A stretch of DNA of 64,000 nt from Octopus sinensis (GCF_006345805.1 NC_043006.1:90644001-90708000), one strand, 5' to 3'; positions 1 through 13,720 are shown, numbered from the stretch's first letter. The notes: generated by a model from the sequence alone, not told the origin. Made by a program: numbers and translations.

Positions 1-2001
1 ATGTTATTCAGCACCTGAAAAAAGGATGGGTGTAACCACGGACACGAAAATGTCATTTTAAGGGGCAGAGCAGAAAAGTAAAGTATTATTTTAGAGAAAA
101 GTATGAAATATGTATATACATGTAGCCAAGAAATAAGGTTAGTCATTTTAGGGGCAGAACAAAGAAAGAATTATTTTAAAGAATAGATAATACATGAGTT
201 TGAATGAATGAGGTGATTAAAAAACAAGAGAAATTCTTAGCTTAGCTGTGCATATTTTTGAGTGTCATCAAACAGCCAAACACATGGAATAAACTAATGA
301 AAGTCTGAGAGAGGGGGGGGGGTAAGGTGTGGAGGCGACTGCCGGAAATGGATGAAGTTGGCAGACTTTACCCTAAGGGAGTAAGAGAAATAGCAGGAAG
401 TAGCCATTGTAACAAAGAATGAAAGAGATACAGACAGGGAATAGATTATTTAAGCGAATGGTTTGAAATACATATATATATATATAGTAAAGAAGGGATT
501 ATTTTATTGGGAGAGATTACAATTTGGAAGTTAGTTGATGAATTAATATAAATGTTTACAGTTTACAAAAGCAACCACAGACACAAAAAAGTCATTTTAA
601 GGGGCAGAGCAGACAAATACGAATTATTTTAAAGAAAAGTACGAAATATGTATATACTTCATACTTTTCTCTAAAATATCTTTCAATAAATAAACCTTGT
701 TGGTCATTTTATATAACAGTTAACATCTTTTTAGTTTGTGATACAAGTGATACTCCTTCTCTAGCTCCAAATATTATAACAGTTAATTCACCTGCAGATG
801 TTACACCTTTTTGCATGATTGTTTAGTTTAATTTACTAATTGTAATGTAGGTTGTAGTTCATCTTTGAATTAATCCACCATAAATTTGTATGATATACCA
901 GAAAATGTCTTATAAACTGAATGTCACCATAATAATGAGAGGAACCAAGCTTAACCAATGTATCGTCTCATGGATTATGTATTCTTGGGATAGAAAAACA
1001 ATGAAAATAAATTTAAAAACATAAGTAGAAGTATAATTGTGAAATTTATGTATGCGTGTATGCTGATAAAAAAAAGTTATATCCTAGAGAACAAATATTA
1101 CTGAAAAGTTAATGAACAGGCAAATCTGGTAGATGAATGAAATGTCTTACAGTATATAGTGGCATAGTTTTACACTCAAAGTTGGAAGCCTGCTGAGTTT
1201 TAAGTTTGTTTTCATTTTTTCAGGATTGTTAAAACAAGTAGCAATTGAGTTCTAAGTTTGATAAAACCAACTGTAACCATTCCTCATACATGAAGCCTTA
1301 TTTTGATGTAAGAAATCAATATTGCTAAAAGTGAAACTGTGAAGTCAGATTATTTTCTTTATTTTATACAAAATATTCTTAAAGGAAAGATTTGTATTAT
1401 AATGTTTATGCACAATATCTGATGCTAACATTTTCCTTGTATGAGTTATACATTGTATGTCTAGCAGAAATCAAAGCTTTGAAAATACAATGTTCAATAA
1501 TTCATAAAAATTTATAAATGAGAACTAATCAATCCTTAACATTGAGAAAGAGATACAAAATACTTTGAAAAATGTAGATGAAGGCTGTTTTCTCATGCTT
1601 AATATTCATTTTAAGGTATACATATAAAGTATGTGTGCATGTTGAAATTATTGCATACAACTATTCTGTATCTCCTACCTTAATCATATAACTAATTTTC
1701 AAAAACTAATAAACTGTCATGTGTAAGACTATTTAAATTTTATCATATTTTGGGATCTAAGAAAATTACTATTTTAAAAGAAGTTTTAATAATCTAAGAA
1801 TATTTAGCATTTAATGTATGTACATACCTACATGTACATATATTATAAGACAGACACATTTCAAACTTATTTCAGCCTCCACTTAACCAAACATATGTAA
1901 AACAATTTTGCTTTCTGTTTTTCCTGACTAAAAAAAGACAATTGTAGATCCACAAATAGATCCATTTTATAAACAAACCACTACTTGGAAAACCTATTTA
2001 A

Positions 2002-2399
2002 GGTGTAGGAGTGGCTGTGTGGTAAGTAGCTTGCTTACAAACTACATGGCTCCAGGTTCAGTCCCACTGTGTGGCACCTTGGGCAAGTGTCTTCTACTAT
2101 AGCCTTGGGCCAACCAAAGCCTTGTGAGTGGATTTGGTAGACGGAAACTGAAAAAAGCTTGTCATATATATGTATGTATATATGTTTGTGTATCTGTGTT
2201 TGTCCCTCCAACATCGCTTGACAACCGATGCTGGTGTGTTTACGTCCCCCATAACTTAGTGGTTCAGCAAAAGAGAACAATAGAATAAGTACTAGGCTTA
2301 CAAAGAATAAGTCCTGGGGTCGATTTGCTCGACCAAAGGCGGTGCTCCAGCATGGCCACAGTCACATGACTGAAACAAATAAAAGAGTAAAAGAGTAAC
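2002..2399 (+). mobile_element. tRNA-head-like SINE family A (full length)
   Basis: Near-identical copies at 14620-15025(-), 21735-22121(-), 28572-29047(+), 43045-43406(-) and 57005-57356(-); A/B-box-like head, internal (TA/CA)n, (TAAAAGAG)n tail. Confidence 0.9.
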
Positions 2400-3728
2400 T
2401 GTTCAGTTCCATGTCCTTGCTTCAATGGTGGCTTTGGCTTTTATAGTTTCACTTTGTTACATCAACTAAATGTATGTGATATTCACAGAAAGCCCTTTTT
2501 GTCACCCTTAGTGTTAACAATAATTTTTCTTTTCATGTCATCTCTGAATAATTAACTCTGTAAATAGTTCTAGTTTCTATAGTAATCAGCATACATTTAC
2601 TTAATGATTCATCACTACTTTAGTTTGTATTATGAAATCTATACTTTGCTGTATTTGCTGTGATGATTAAAATAATATTAGTATCAATAATTATCAGTAG
2701 CTGCTTTTTTATGCTCTCTGCATTAAATGAGTTAAAAGTAAATTAACTAATGTTTACCAAACATCTAACCTGCAACATTTTCTTGAAATGGTTTTCTTGG
2801 AAACAATTTTGCTCTGAAAAGTTCTTTTACTTACTAGACCTCATTTCAAATTCAGATAATTTGTCTTTCTGCCATCGCATTAACAACCAATCTCTCTTCT
2901 TTCTTTTTTCTGAAAATATGACGAAATGGTTAGTTGGCAATTGTTTTAGCTGCATTTAATTAACTTCTGAAATAGCTGTTGTTTGACATGCTAAAAGTAG
3001 CAACCAAATCTTCTGCAAAGTACACCCTGCTATCCTTAACAAAGAGAACACGTTAGATTTAATCTTAAATGCCCCAAACTGGGAGGATGGTATTGGCTAG
3101 AGGAACTTTAATTGTAGGTTACCTAATCATAGATAATGCTAATACAAATATATATATATATATATATATAATATATATATATATAACGGGAAGCTTTATG
3201 AAAATAGACAAAAGACGAAGGCAGGTGGAATACAAACAAACAATTGTATTAGTATGGCGCTCAGGAATATAAATAAAACAAGTCTTTTACGTTTCGAGCC
3301 TACGCTCTTCAACAGAAAGATACACAGAAAAGAAACAAGGAGAGAAAAAAATGCGTGCAGAGGCTAGCGAATCAACATGGCGATCTGATTTCGGCCAGAA
3401 GTCAAAGATCAAACGTGAGACGCAAGAGCGAAATTAGGGGAGATAATAGGGTTAAATGACCTCACCCCAACATAAGAGTGTGTGCGTGTATGAGAGAGTA
3501 TGTAGTGCGTATGAGAGGTCTGGACGTGTGTATGTATATATGATGTGATGTGTAAAGTCGTATGGTGTAGTGTAGAGAGGGGGGAGGAGAGGGGAGATGA
3601 TATGAGGCGTGAGGGTGAGAAGGAAAGAGGAGAAGAGGAGGGAGAAGGAAGGAGAGGAGGAGGGAGTGAGGGAGCAGAGGGAAGGGGAAGAGGGAAGCAT
3701 ATATACATATGTATATGTACATACATCT

Positions 3729-3772
<44 letters not shown>

Positions 3773-6240
3773 GTATATAAATATATATACACATACCCAT
3801 ATGTATATAAATAAAAGGATAAAGATCCTTCCTGAGTCATATAGACTCATAGGGCCAATTCCCTAGTTTCCATGGCATATAAATTCTGCACCAAGACAGG
3901 ATGCTGGACTGTCACAGGATTACTCATTTTTGCCAGCTAAGTGGACAGGAGCAATGGAAAGGGAAATGTTTTGCTCAAGAACACAACACATCACCCAGTC
4001 CAGGAATCAAAATCACAATCTTGCAAACATGAGTCCAACACTCTAACCACTAGACCACACGCCAAACACACATACACCCACACACACACACACACACACA
4101 CACATGCATATATTTTTAAAAAATTCAATAGATATGGGAAAAAAAAAACTTTTAAATTTCCAGAGAATAGGAATTTAATTAGCTGTAAATAAAAACTGCT
4201 GCTTTTCATTCATTACTGAATATTGAATTTAAATTATGTGAACACATTTTGAATTGAGAATAATGTGTAATTTGAAAAGTTTGAAGACATGAAAAGTTAA
4301 ACAAAAGTTGATTTCCATCTAAAATCCATTATTTAATGACATTGATATGAGTATTATTTTTTCTCTGTTTCTGTTTATTAATTGCCTTGCATTGATATTC
4401 AATAATGATTTTAGCTCCAATTAAAATCTTTTTAGGCTCAAGTGTTTGTGTGTAACATGTACTGTAAATTATTTGTGTGTTGTGTTCTGTGGTGTGTAGG
4501 TGGATGAATGTGTGCTCTCAGTGGAGTGGTAAGTTCTCAGTTAAGGTATGTCAAGAGACGTACTCCTCACACCTGTGCTTTTTAACTACATGCAACTGCC
4601 TGTACAGTGGTGGATTTCATCAGGCTGACTTTTCTTTATAAGATAATTCTGAGAAGGGTTACTGAAAATTTTAAGACTATAGTGATGGTGGTGGATGTCT
4701 GTTCTTTAGTGATAAAGTTCATTTATTCCATCAACTGGGTAACCTTCTACTGAACTCCCATTTTTCATTTGCAAGTTATGGATCAACCTGAGTTTTTAAA
4801 AAATTACATTTGCCCGAGATGTCTTACTGTAGGATCAAGCCCAGAACCTCATGGTTGTGAAGCGATCTTCTTAACCTATACTAAAGAAGAAGACCCTGTT
4901 GTGCTTGACTCATGTTCACATTTGATGGGTGTATCATTGGGGTAGCATTTGTGTTTCTCTATGTTAGCTGATGTTATCTGTGCACATATCATCTGTCACA
5001 ATTATATTTAGACAGATTTAAGAAAATTCTTGGTTTGAACATAGAATAGTTTGGATATAATGTGGCAGATCTATATTAACTTATACATCATTGATGAGGA
5101 TGCAAACAACAATTAAAGAACTCTGACAAACCAACTTATTGATTGATTGATCAAATGATTAGTCAAACAATCAATTTGTTTATTGGTGAACTAATTAACT
5201 AATAATAATAATGATAAAATAGTACAATAAAAGCAGTGCAACCTGGTTCTCCCCAGATACAACATCATTGATTTAAGTGCATAATTTCAACATCAAGGAC
5301 CTTGGAAAGCAAATATAAAAGTTAAGCATAGAATATATTTTATGTATTTAGAATGAATGTAATGCAGATATGGATAAAATGTTAGGAGGAATTACATTAG
5401 TAGTTGGATTTCATCCTTCTCTATATGTTCTTTGTGTCTACATCTATACTTAGTTTTAATACTCACAATGTGACAGATATCTTTGAAATAATGTATTGAT
5501 CATATATATGATAATTATAGATTACATTCAGCGGAAATATTTTACAGAAACTGTCAGAGTTTCTTACCTACATTACTACCGTATACATATGTATGCACAC
5601 ACACATACACACACACACACACACTTTCAGTTTATATACTAATTGAAATTTCAATCAATAATTTTCAATCACTTTTTTGTTTCATTAATACATGTTCATT
5701 TCAGCTAGTGATGATTTCTTAGGCAACATTTGTCATCATATCATAATTACAATTGGCTAATGCTTAATGAACATGACCCAATATTGTGTTACATTTTGAA
5801 TTTGATTGTTTAGTTTGCCTGTGTTAATTTGGTATTGTTTGTAGTATCTTTATAAATGGTAAGGCAAAATGGTTTGTTATTCATCATTTGTTAATTTTAC
5901 TCAAAACAATTTTTCTTAGGTTCAGCTTAGAAATCATTCTAATTTACATCAAGTCAGTTTAATCATTATTTATTTATTTATTTATTTGTTTGTTTCTGAG
6001 TACAGTAAAATTTGTTTATTTAGTTTTGTTTTCTCTCATACTAACTGGGTCTATAAAAATAAGTCAATATACATGACCAACATTTTTACTTCAGACAGAA
6101 AGCCATTATGCTGTTTTGCTACTTTGTAAAATTGTTAGAAATGTAGGTACTTATAAAATTTGCAAGTTGGTTCTTGTTAATTAATTTTGGAGAAAAAAAA
6201 AATTAAAAATTAAAACATTAGGATTAGTGTCTCTACTTAG

Positions 6241-6328
6241 AAGTTCGAAAGTGAATTTGATAGACTTTTTTTAACATTGATCACTTTGACAAATAGTGAT
6301 ATAGAATTTGGGTAAATTGACTAAAATG
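6241..6328 (+). CDS. Dynein-like exon, linker: KFESEFDRLFLTLITLTNSDIEFG*ID*N
   Basis: tacttag acceptor, GTAAGT donor, phase 0 to 1; TAA at 6322 aligns to the W of the RHW motif. Candidate upstream exons 5920-5952 and 6095-6142 are phase-compatible. Confidence 0.7.
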
Positions 6329-6661
6329 GTAAGTATATAAAAAAAAATAAACAAAAAAGGAAAAGCAAAAAGATAAAAAAAAATTTCGGCTGCTTTGCTA
6401 TAAACTATCAAAAGTTAGATACTACAGTTTGTTGGGTTTACTATTTTGTTTGCAATTATTATTTACTGCAATAACCAAAACAGTTGGAAAGTAGAAAGTA
6501 GTCTGATGCACATACTCCTTCATAAGGTGCAGCATTTTGAGATTGGCCTTCAATACTTTATATCATGACTTCTTGAGTCTCCCTTTTTTACAAGTTCCAT
6601 CCACTTTAAGAGCTTGTCATTTCTTTATGACACAAAATTGTGCATGCACACACACACACAC

Positions 6662-6708
<47 letters not shown>

Positions 6709-7324
6709 TAATAAGGGTATGATATTAATCAATTAAAACAGTGGCTTAGCATATTTAAAAAATCTGAAGATTTAAAACTTATATTACATACATAATTAAG
6801 AGGAATGATCACTAAAGTGGACACCTAATATGCTATATTAGCATATCAGGTGTCCACTTCAGTGGTTATTCCTCTTAATTTTGTGTGTGTGTGTATATAT
6901 ATAGAGAGAGATGTTTCTTTTACAGTTTGCATCTACCAAATCCACTCACAAATTTTTGGTTGGCTCATAGCTGTAGTAGAGAACAAAACAAAGAGAGTAT
7001 TCATAATACCAGCCAGTGGTGATAGTATATTTCAATTATGTCATTCCCTAAAAGTATCTCAGTTGAGAGTATACTATTGGCTGGGTCATAGCTATATGGA
7101 TATGGAGTGTGCTTCATCACCATGTGAATTTATCTCATTGTATGGTTCCTTGTGCATGTGTCATCTACTATTGTCTTCAGTTGATCAGTGCCTTGTGAAC
7201 TGAATGGAAACTACTTGTATACATGTGTGTGTGTGTTTTTCTGGGCATATCTGCGAATGTAGCCATTCACTTAGATTGTTTGAGCAAAATAGTGATGATA
7301 AGTTGACCTCACTATAATTAGCAG

Positions 7325-7387
7325 ACATTTTGAAACACCTACAATTCCAAGGACAAATGGCTTAAAAGTCCTTTATTTGAAATACAG
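7325..7387 (+). CDS. Dynein-like exon: (D)ILKHLQFQGQMA*KSFI*NT
   Basis: AG acceptor, GTGAGA donor, phase 1 to 1; 2 stops. Confidence 0.65.
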
Positions 7388-7802
7388 GTGAGAGTTATTG
7401 AGAAGGATATATAGATGTATATAACACCTCAATGATAAGCCTTTGTCCAATCTATGGTAGCATGGAATTTTTACATGTGAAAATACACACAGATAAACTT
7501 GTCTCTTGGGAGAGTGATTGTGAGTTTAATGATATGAATTCTAGTTTATACCACTCATACACAGCAATATACATATGTTTTATGTATGTAATCCTAACAA
7601 TACATACAAGCCTACATAAATATTTTTCTCTATAAACACATGAAGCTCACTGCAGAAGGGTACATTATGAACTTTACTTTATGTTTAGTTCTGCGTATTT
7701 AGAAATAAAATTGTTTACTTGACTCATGAGTTGCACTATTTAATAAGCTGTCTAATTTTACTAGGGTGAAAAGCATGTAATAATCTCCTAATTTGTGTAC
7801 AG

Positions 7803-7861
7803 GCATGCTAATATCTTGTTTGATTAATAGTATTAGTGATCTTGTTGCTAAAATTAATCTC
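7803..7861 (+). CDS. Dynein-like exon: (G)MLISCLINSISDLVAKINL
   Basis: tacag acceptor, GTAAGT donor, phase 1 to 0, open frame; matches IEEISERASKEY. Confidence 0.75.
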
Positions 7862-8286
7862 GTAAGTCTTGAATATATTTTAAAATTTTATGCATCTGTA
7901 TTGATTTTGTGAATCAATAATTAGGATGATTAAACTTGCATTTTATATAGCTCCATTAATATAATGCTCAACATTTTATTATGAGCTGGTATTGAGTTTT
8001 TGTTTGTTTGTTTTTTTTCTAATTTGTTGCCAATATGTATATTGCAAAACATTTCTTGAAAAATTGTGCTTGTGTAGTTTGTGTCATTTGTCATTAATTA
8101 TAGGATAGATCTGCTATAAAAAAGATACCTGTTGTTATAGGAATTAAACATTTAAGAGCTAACTTTCAGTCATGTTTAAAGAACATTTCAAAGAGAAAAA
8201 TAATTTCCATGACACTATTTTTCATATGAATTTTATATTTATAAAGGTGTTTGCTATATATTCATATCTGATTTTTTTTTCTTCAG

Positions 8287-8401
8287 TTTGTCCAATGATT
8301 AGATCATGAATCCATTGGTAGTTTGATAAAATGTGCAACCCATTGGATTTTAGTATCAAATGTTGATGCAAAATTATTGACTTATAAATCCATTGTCACA
8401 G
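8287..8401 (+). CDS. Dynein-like exon: FVQ*LDHESIGSLIKCATHWILVSNVDAKLLTYKSIVT
   Basis: Strong T-tract cttcag acceptor, GTATTG donor, phase 0 to 1; TGA at 8296. Confidence 0.75.
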
Positions 8402-8691
8402 GTATTGCATTGTACCATTATAGGTAGTTTGTTTTATTAATAATAATGATTTGCTGGCCAATTAAATAGCTCACCTTGAGCCCTTAACCATTATTTTTAT
8501 ATAATATGTTAAAAATTTCAGTTCCTTGTGTGTATTATTACAAAAATAATGTTTGACAATATCTGACAACCTGGTAGTTACAACTTTTCAAAATATGCAA
8601 TCATTATTCAGATTACCTTGTGCACTGTAAAAGTTAACATCGCGTTTGCACACACACACACACGCACACTCTCTCTTTCTCTCTCTCCCTC

Positions 8692-8732
<41 letters not shown>

Positions 8733-8733
8733 G

Positions 8734-9397
8734 AAAGTTTAATAATAGAAAACTTACATATTTGAAGCCTAGAAAAACTTTTGAATTCACATGCAAATCT
8801 TTGATGCAAAAAATGGATTTGCCAATAGGAATAAAACATTAGATTATTCCAGAAACAGGATTTCATTCATGTTGAAATAGTTTTCTAAAAAGTAAATAAA
8901 TAAAATTAAAATTTACCATTTCAGAAGAAAAGTGAAAAGATAAATAAATAAAGGGAACAAGTGATTTTGCTGGAGGCAATTATTATTTTGGAGTTATGGA
9001 TATATAAACTATTACTGACAACATCTACGGAGAGAAATATTGTTGCTGCTTAACCTGTGATTTCAAGTAAAAAGACAAGTAGTTTGAATTGTGTAATGAA
9101 AATAATAAAGATTACAATGTGCATGAGTTGCTTGCTGAAATATCTAGGAACAGTAGGTTTAAAGGTTGATCTACTTTGCTGAGCACATAGCTTGTATCAT
9201 CCTATTTTAGTGCTTTCTAAAATTCTTTTAGAGACTGATATTTTGTGGCTGCATTTCCTTAATTGTCTAAAGAAACTGGTTTTTCACCTGATGAAACGCT
9301 TATAATAAACCTTTCAGTTTCTTTTCATTGTCACTTAATGCAAGTAGAGCTACCATAATTAAGGATTCACTTCTCAAAATATATTATACTTCTTCCT
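8734..9397 (+). CDS. Long dynein linker exon (LHI*SLEK..CQ*E*NIRLFQ..LETDILWLHFLNCLKK)
   Basis: Acceptor after a (CT)n tract, phase 1 entry matches the previous exon; one frame for 220 codons with 15 stops; anchors at both ends; GTAAGC donor. An internal small intron cannot be excluded. Confidence 0.6.
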
Positions 9398-9439
9398 GTA
9401 AGCTATTTTTTGATATTACCAAATGCAGTAGAAAACATA

Positions 9440-9680
9440 CATTCAACATTTTTTTTTTATTTAAGGCAGCAAGCTGGCAGAAACGTTACCATGCTGGGCA
9501 AAATGTTTAGTGATATTTCGTCTGTCTTTATGTTCTGAATTCAAATTCCACCGAGATTGACTTTGCCTTTCATCCTTTTGGGGTCAATAAGTTAAGTACC
9601 AGTTGTGTACTGGGGTCAATCTAATTGACTGGCCCCCTCCCCCAAAATTTCAAGCCTTGTGCTTAGTAGAAAAGAATACA
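9440..9680 (+). mobile_element. SINE family C
   Basis: taaggcagc(a/g)agctggcagaa.. is shared with 63070-63270. Confidence 0.7.
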
Positions 9681-9753
9681 GCTGACGTTTACATAAGAAC
9701 TCTTCTGTCATTGACCAAGAAATTTCTATCGTTTCATTAATAATATAGTCCCT

Positions 9754-10585
9754 TTGCAATTAATCTTTGTTAAAAGACATGTCCAACATTCACTGTTTTG
9801 GTATCCTTGCTTTCAATTTAAGCCAGTGTTGATTTTACATTCACATGTTAGGCAAGAAATTAGTTTTAGGAAGCTTGTTTCAGATAAGAAACTGAACATG
9901 TACTGTTCTTCTCCTTTCCAGTGTTTGAGGTATACAACATTTGTATGTGCACAATTGGATGGATTCTGGACTTTACAACCTGTCTGATGTCTGTCCTAAA
10001 TAGTATTTCATAGAAGTGGTCTTTTGTTCACGGTCTCTTTTACATTCCTTAACCAAGATTATCTTATTTCTCCTGTACTCATAGGGAATTTATTGTAAAG
10101 TGTATATTGTGTGGAAATTTTATGTGTTTTCTAAAATCATAATGAAATATGTTAATTTTAACATGTTAATTTGTCCAGCCAGAAACAAATGTAATGCATG
10201 AATTGCAACTTTAAAGTAGTTGATCAAAGAAATTCTGTGCTATCTGATTAGTTGCTGATGAATAGAGCTTGCATGTAGATGAGTTCCATACATACGTATT
10301 TGTTTGATAAATTTCGAAACTATGGATTTATATTACAAAAAAAAAAGAAAAAAATTGTTATGAACTGTTACAGATTTTTGTTTGTACTAATGACACTATA
10401 ACTTTACACTCATTTTAAGAGAAATTACAGTGAAACTTAGGTTTTCATTTTTATGTACTTATTTTCTGTTGAATTGTTTCAACAAAGGTTTTGACTGGTG
10501 CTTATTCTGATACATCAAAGACATTATGGGGGAAAAAAATCTTTACACAGCTCAGAACCAAAAGCAAAATGTTTGTAATCTAACT
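9754..10585 (+). CDS. AAA1 region, several exon segments with unresolved boundaries
   Basis: SFTFLNQDYL (FxYxYEYL), degenerate P-loop ICPARNK, and LLNCFNKGFDWCLF*YIKDIMGEKNLYTAQ matching GAWACFDEFNRI..VAQ. Confidence 0.55.
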
Positions 10586-10832
10586 TAACCCTTTAGTATT
10601 TAAATACTAAAGGGTTAAGGCCATATCTGGCCATATCTGGCCAAAATAGTTAATCTGTTTTATGTTCAAACTGACCAGATCCAGGCTCTCACATCTACCC
10701 TACAATGTTATTCTACATTAAGTAATTACACCATCAAGATCTTGAAGATATGAGATAATGCATGATTAATTCAAATCAATGGGAATCAATAAGCATTATG
10801 TTTGATAGGATAATCTGAACACTAAAGGGTTA
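10585..10832. mobile_element. piggyBac-like MITE
   Basis: TTAA-CCCTTTAG...CTAAAGGG-TTAA termini; diverged second copy at about 50648-50850. Confidence 0.7.
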
Positions 10833-10922
10833 AGATAATGTTTGAAGGAACTTGTGACTACATTGACCAAATTTAAGCTAATATGGATCAGCATAGAATT
10901 AAAATGATAGTGCATATACATG

Positions 10923-10956
<34 letters not shown>

Positions 10957-11164
10957 ATGTGCATTGGCGTTAGGAAGGGCATGTAGACTTAGAAATCATG
11001 TCAGATCAGATTGAAGTCTGGTGCAGCCTTCCAGCTGTTGTTGTTGTTGTTGTTGTTATTGTTAAGCAACAAGACGGGTAAGGGTGATTAGGTGATGGTC
11101 TAGGGCTTAGGGGCAGGAGACCCCAGACCTTAGAAAAAAAAATCTTTGGTCGTCTTGTTGTAGT

Positions 11165-13720
11165 CGAGGGCTCTTCGTTTACGCCCAACACCACTTTCCA
11201 TGCTAGCATGGGTTGGACGGTTCAACTGGGGTCTGGGGAGCCCGAAAGCTGCACCAGTCCAGTCAGATCTGGCAGTGTTTCTACAGCTGGATGCCCTTCC
11301 TAACGCCAACCACTCCGAGAGTGTAGTGGGTGATTTTATGTGCCACCGACACAGGTGCCAGACGAGGCTGGCAAACGGCCACGCTCGGATGGTGTTTTTT
11401 ATGTGCCACCGACACAGGTGCCAGACGAGGCTGGCAGACGGCCACGCTCGGATGGTGTTTTTATGTGCCACCGACACAGGTGCCAGATGAGGCTGGCAAA
11501 CAGCCACGATCGGATGGTGCTTTTTACGTGCCCACAGCACGGAGGCCAGTCGATGCGGTACTGGCTACGGCCACGTTCGGATGGTTTTCTTGTGTGCCAC
11601 GTGCTACCGGCACTGGTACCACAAAGATACAAATTCCATTGATGTTCATCTATTTTGATTTGTTTTGATTTTCACTTGCCTCAACAGGTCTTCACAAGTG
11701 TCACAAGAAGGAAGGTATGCACAGGTGGACTGACTACGTCCCAGGTAGGGGCCATGGTTTATGGCCTGACTAGTCTTGCCGGGTCTTCGGATGGTGTTTT
11801 TATGTGCCACCGACACAGGTGCTAGATGAGGCTGGCGAACGGCCACGATCGGATGGTGTTTGTCATGTGCCCACCGCACTGACTACAGCACTGATGGATT
11901 TCTTGTGTGCCACAGGCACTGGTACCACAAGATACAAATTCCATTGATGTTCATCTATTTTGTCTATTTTGATTTGATTTGATTTGATTTTCACTTGCCT
12001 CAACCGGTCTTCACAAGTGTCACATGAAGGAAGGTATGCACAGGTGGACTGACTAGTCTTGCCGGGTCTTCGGAAGGTGTTTTCATGTGCCACCGACACA
12101 GGTGCCAGATGAGGCTGGCGAACGGCCATGATCGGATGGTGTTTGTTACGTGCCCACAGCACGGAGGCCGGTCGATGCGGAACTGGCTACGGCCACGTTC
12201 GGATGGTTCTCTTGTGTGCCACCGGCACTGGTACCACAAAGATACAGATTCCATTGATGTTCATCTATTTTGATTTGCTTTGATTTTGATTTTCACTTGC
12301 CTCAACAGGTCTTCACAAGTGTCACAAGAAGGAAGGAATGCACAGGTGGACTGACTACGTCCCAGGTAGGGGCCATGGTTTATGGCCTGACTAGTCTTGC
12401 CGGGTCTTCGGATGGTGTTTTTATGTGCCACCGACACAGGTGCTAGATGAGGCTGGCGAACGGCCACGATCGGATGGTGTTTGTCATGTGCCCACAGCAC
12501 GGAGGCCAGTCGATGCGGTACTGGCTACGGCCACTTTCGGATGGTTTTCTCTTGTGTGCCACCGGCACTGGTACCACAAAGATACAAATTCCATTGATGT
12601 TCATCTATTTTGATTTGTTTTGATTTGATTTTGATTTTCACTTGCCTCAACAGGCCTTCACAAGTATCACAAGGAGGAAGGTATGCACAGGTGGACTGAC
12701 TACGTCCCAGGTAGGGGCCATGGTTTATGGCCTGACTAGTCTTGCCGGGTCTTCGGAAGGTGTTTTTATGTGCCACCGACACAGGTGCTAGATGAGGCTG
12801 GCGAACGGCCACGACCGGATGGTGTTTGTTATGTGCCCACAGCACGATGGCCAGTGATGCGGTACTGACTACGGCCATGTTCGGATGGATTCTTGTGTAC
12901 CACCGGCACTGGTACCACAAGCGGTACTGACTACTTTTTATGTGCCACCGACACAGGTGCTAGATGAGGCTGGCGAACGGCCACGACCGGATGGTGTTTG
13001 TTATGTGCCCACAGCACGATGGCCAGTGATGTGGTACTGACTACGGCCACGTTCGGATGGATTCTTGTGTGCCACAAGCGGTACTGACTACGGCCACGTC
13101 CGGATGGATTCTTGTGTGCCACCGGCACTGGTACCACAAAGATACAAATTCCATTGATGTTCATCTATTTTGATTTGTTTTGATTTTCACTTGCCTCAAC
13201 AGGTCTTCACAAGTGTCACAAGAAGGAAGGTATGTACAGGTGGACTGACTATGTCCCAGGTAGGGCCCACGGGTTATGACCTGACTAGTCTTGCCGGGTC
13301 TTCGGATGGTGTTTTTATGTGCCACCATGTTCCCACAGCACGGAGGCAAGTCGATGCGGTACTGGCTACGGCCACGTTCGGATGGTTTTCTTGTGTGCCA
13401 CAGGCACTGGTACCACAAAGATACAAATTCCATTGATGTTCATCTATTTTGATTGATTTTCACTTGCCTCAGCAGGTCTTCACAAGTGTCACAAGAAGGA
13501 AGGTATGCACAGGTGGATCGACTACGTCCCAGGTAGGGGCCACGGGATATGGCCTGACTAGTCCTGCCGGGTCCTCTCATGCACAGCACACTTCCATAGG
13601 ACTCGGTCTTCAGTCATTTCCTTGGTGAGACCTAAAGTTCGAAGGTCGTGCTTCACCACCTCATCCCAGGTTTTCCTGGGTCTACCTCTTCCACAGGTTC
13701 CCTCAACTGCTAGGGTGTAG
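11165..13720 (-). mobile_element. 5'-truncated RTE LINE with a tandemly amplified 3' UTR
   Basis: The minus strand of 13550-13720 encodes VEGTCGRGRPRKTWDEVVKHDLRTLGL (RTE ORF2 end), followed by repeated 3' UTR units. Confidence 0.85.
11330..13560. repeat. Tandem array with a unit of about 280-340 bp (6 copies) and 61-bp subrepeats
   Basis: The marker gatacaaattccattgatgttcatctattttg recurs near 11627, 11931, 12241, 12580, 13141 and 13419. Confidence 0.9.

Noticed and set aside
1223-1308. Possible upstream dynein exon IVKTSSN*VLSLIKPTVTIPHT*SLIL (also the 2750-2959 ORF)
   Set aside because: It has good splice signals but no motif anchor or phase link, so it is not supportable as a feature.
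3409-3866. Overlapping ORFs rich in YI/HT/ER repeats (also at 8588, 28668, 37937, 41643 and 51446)
   Set aside because: They are translations of microsatellites and purine-rich low-complexity DNA.
8287-8401. TGA as selenocysteine
   Set aside because: TAA and TAG are at least as common as TGA in the gene, and dyneins are not known selenoproteins.
11330-13560. CRISPR-like repeat array
   Set aside because: Whole units are repeated with no unique spacers, the context is eukaryotic, and it derives from an RTE 3' UTR.
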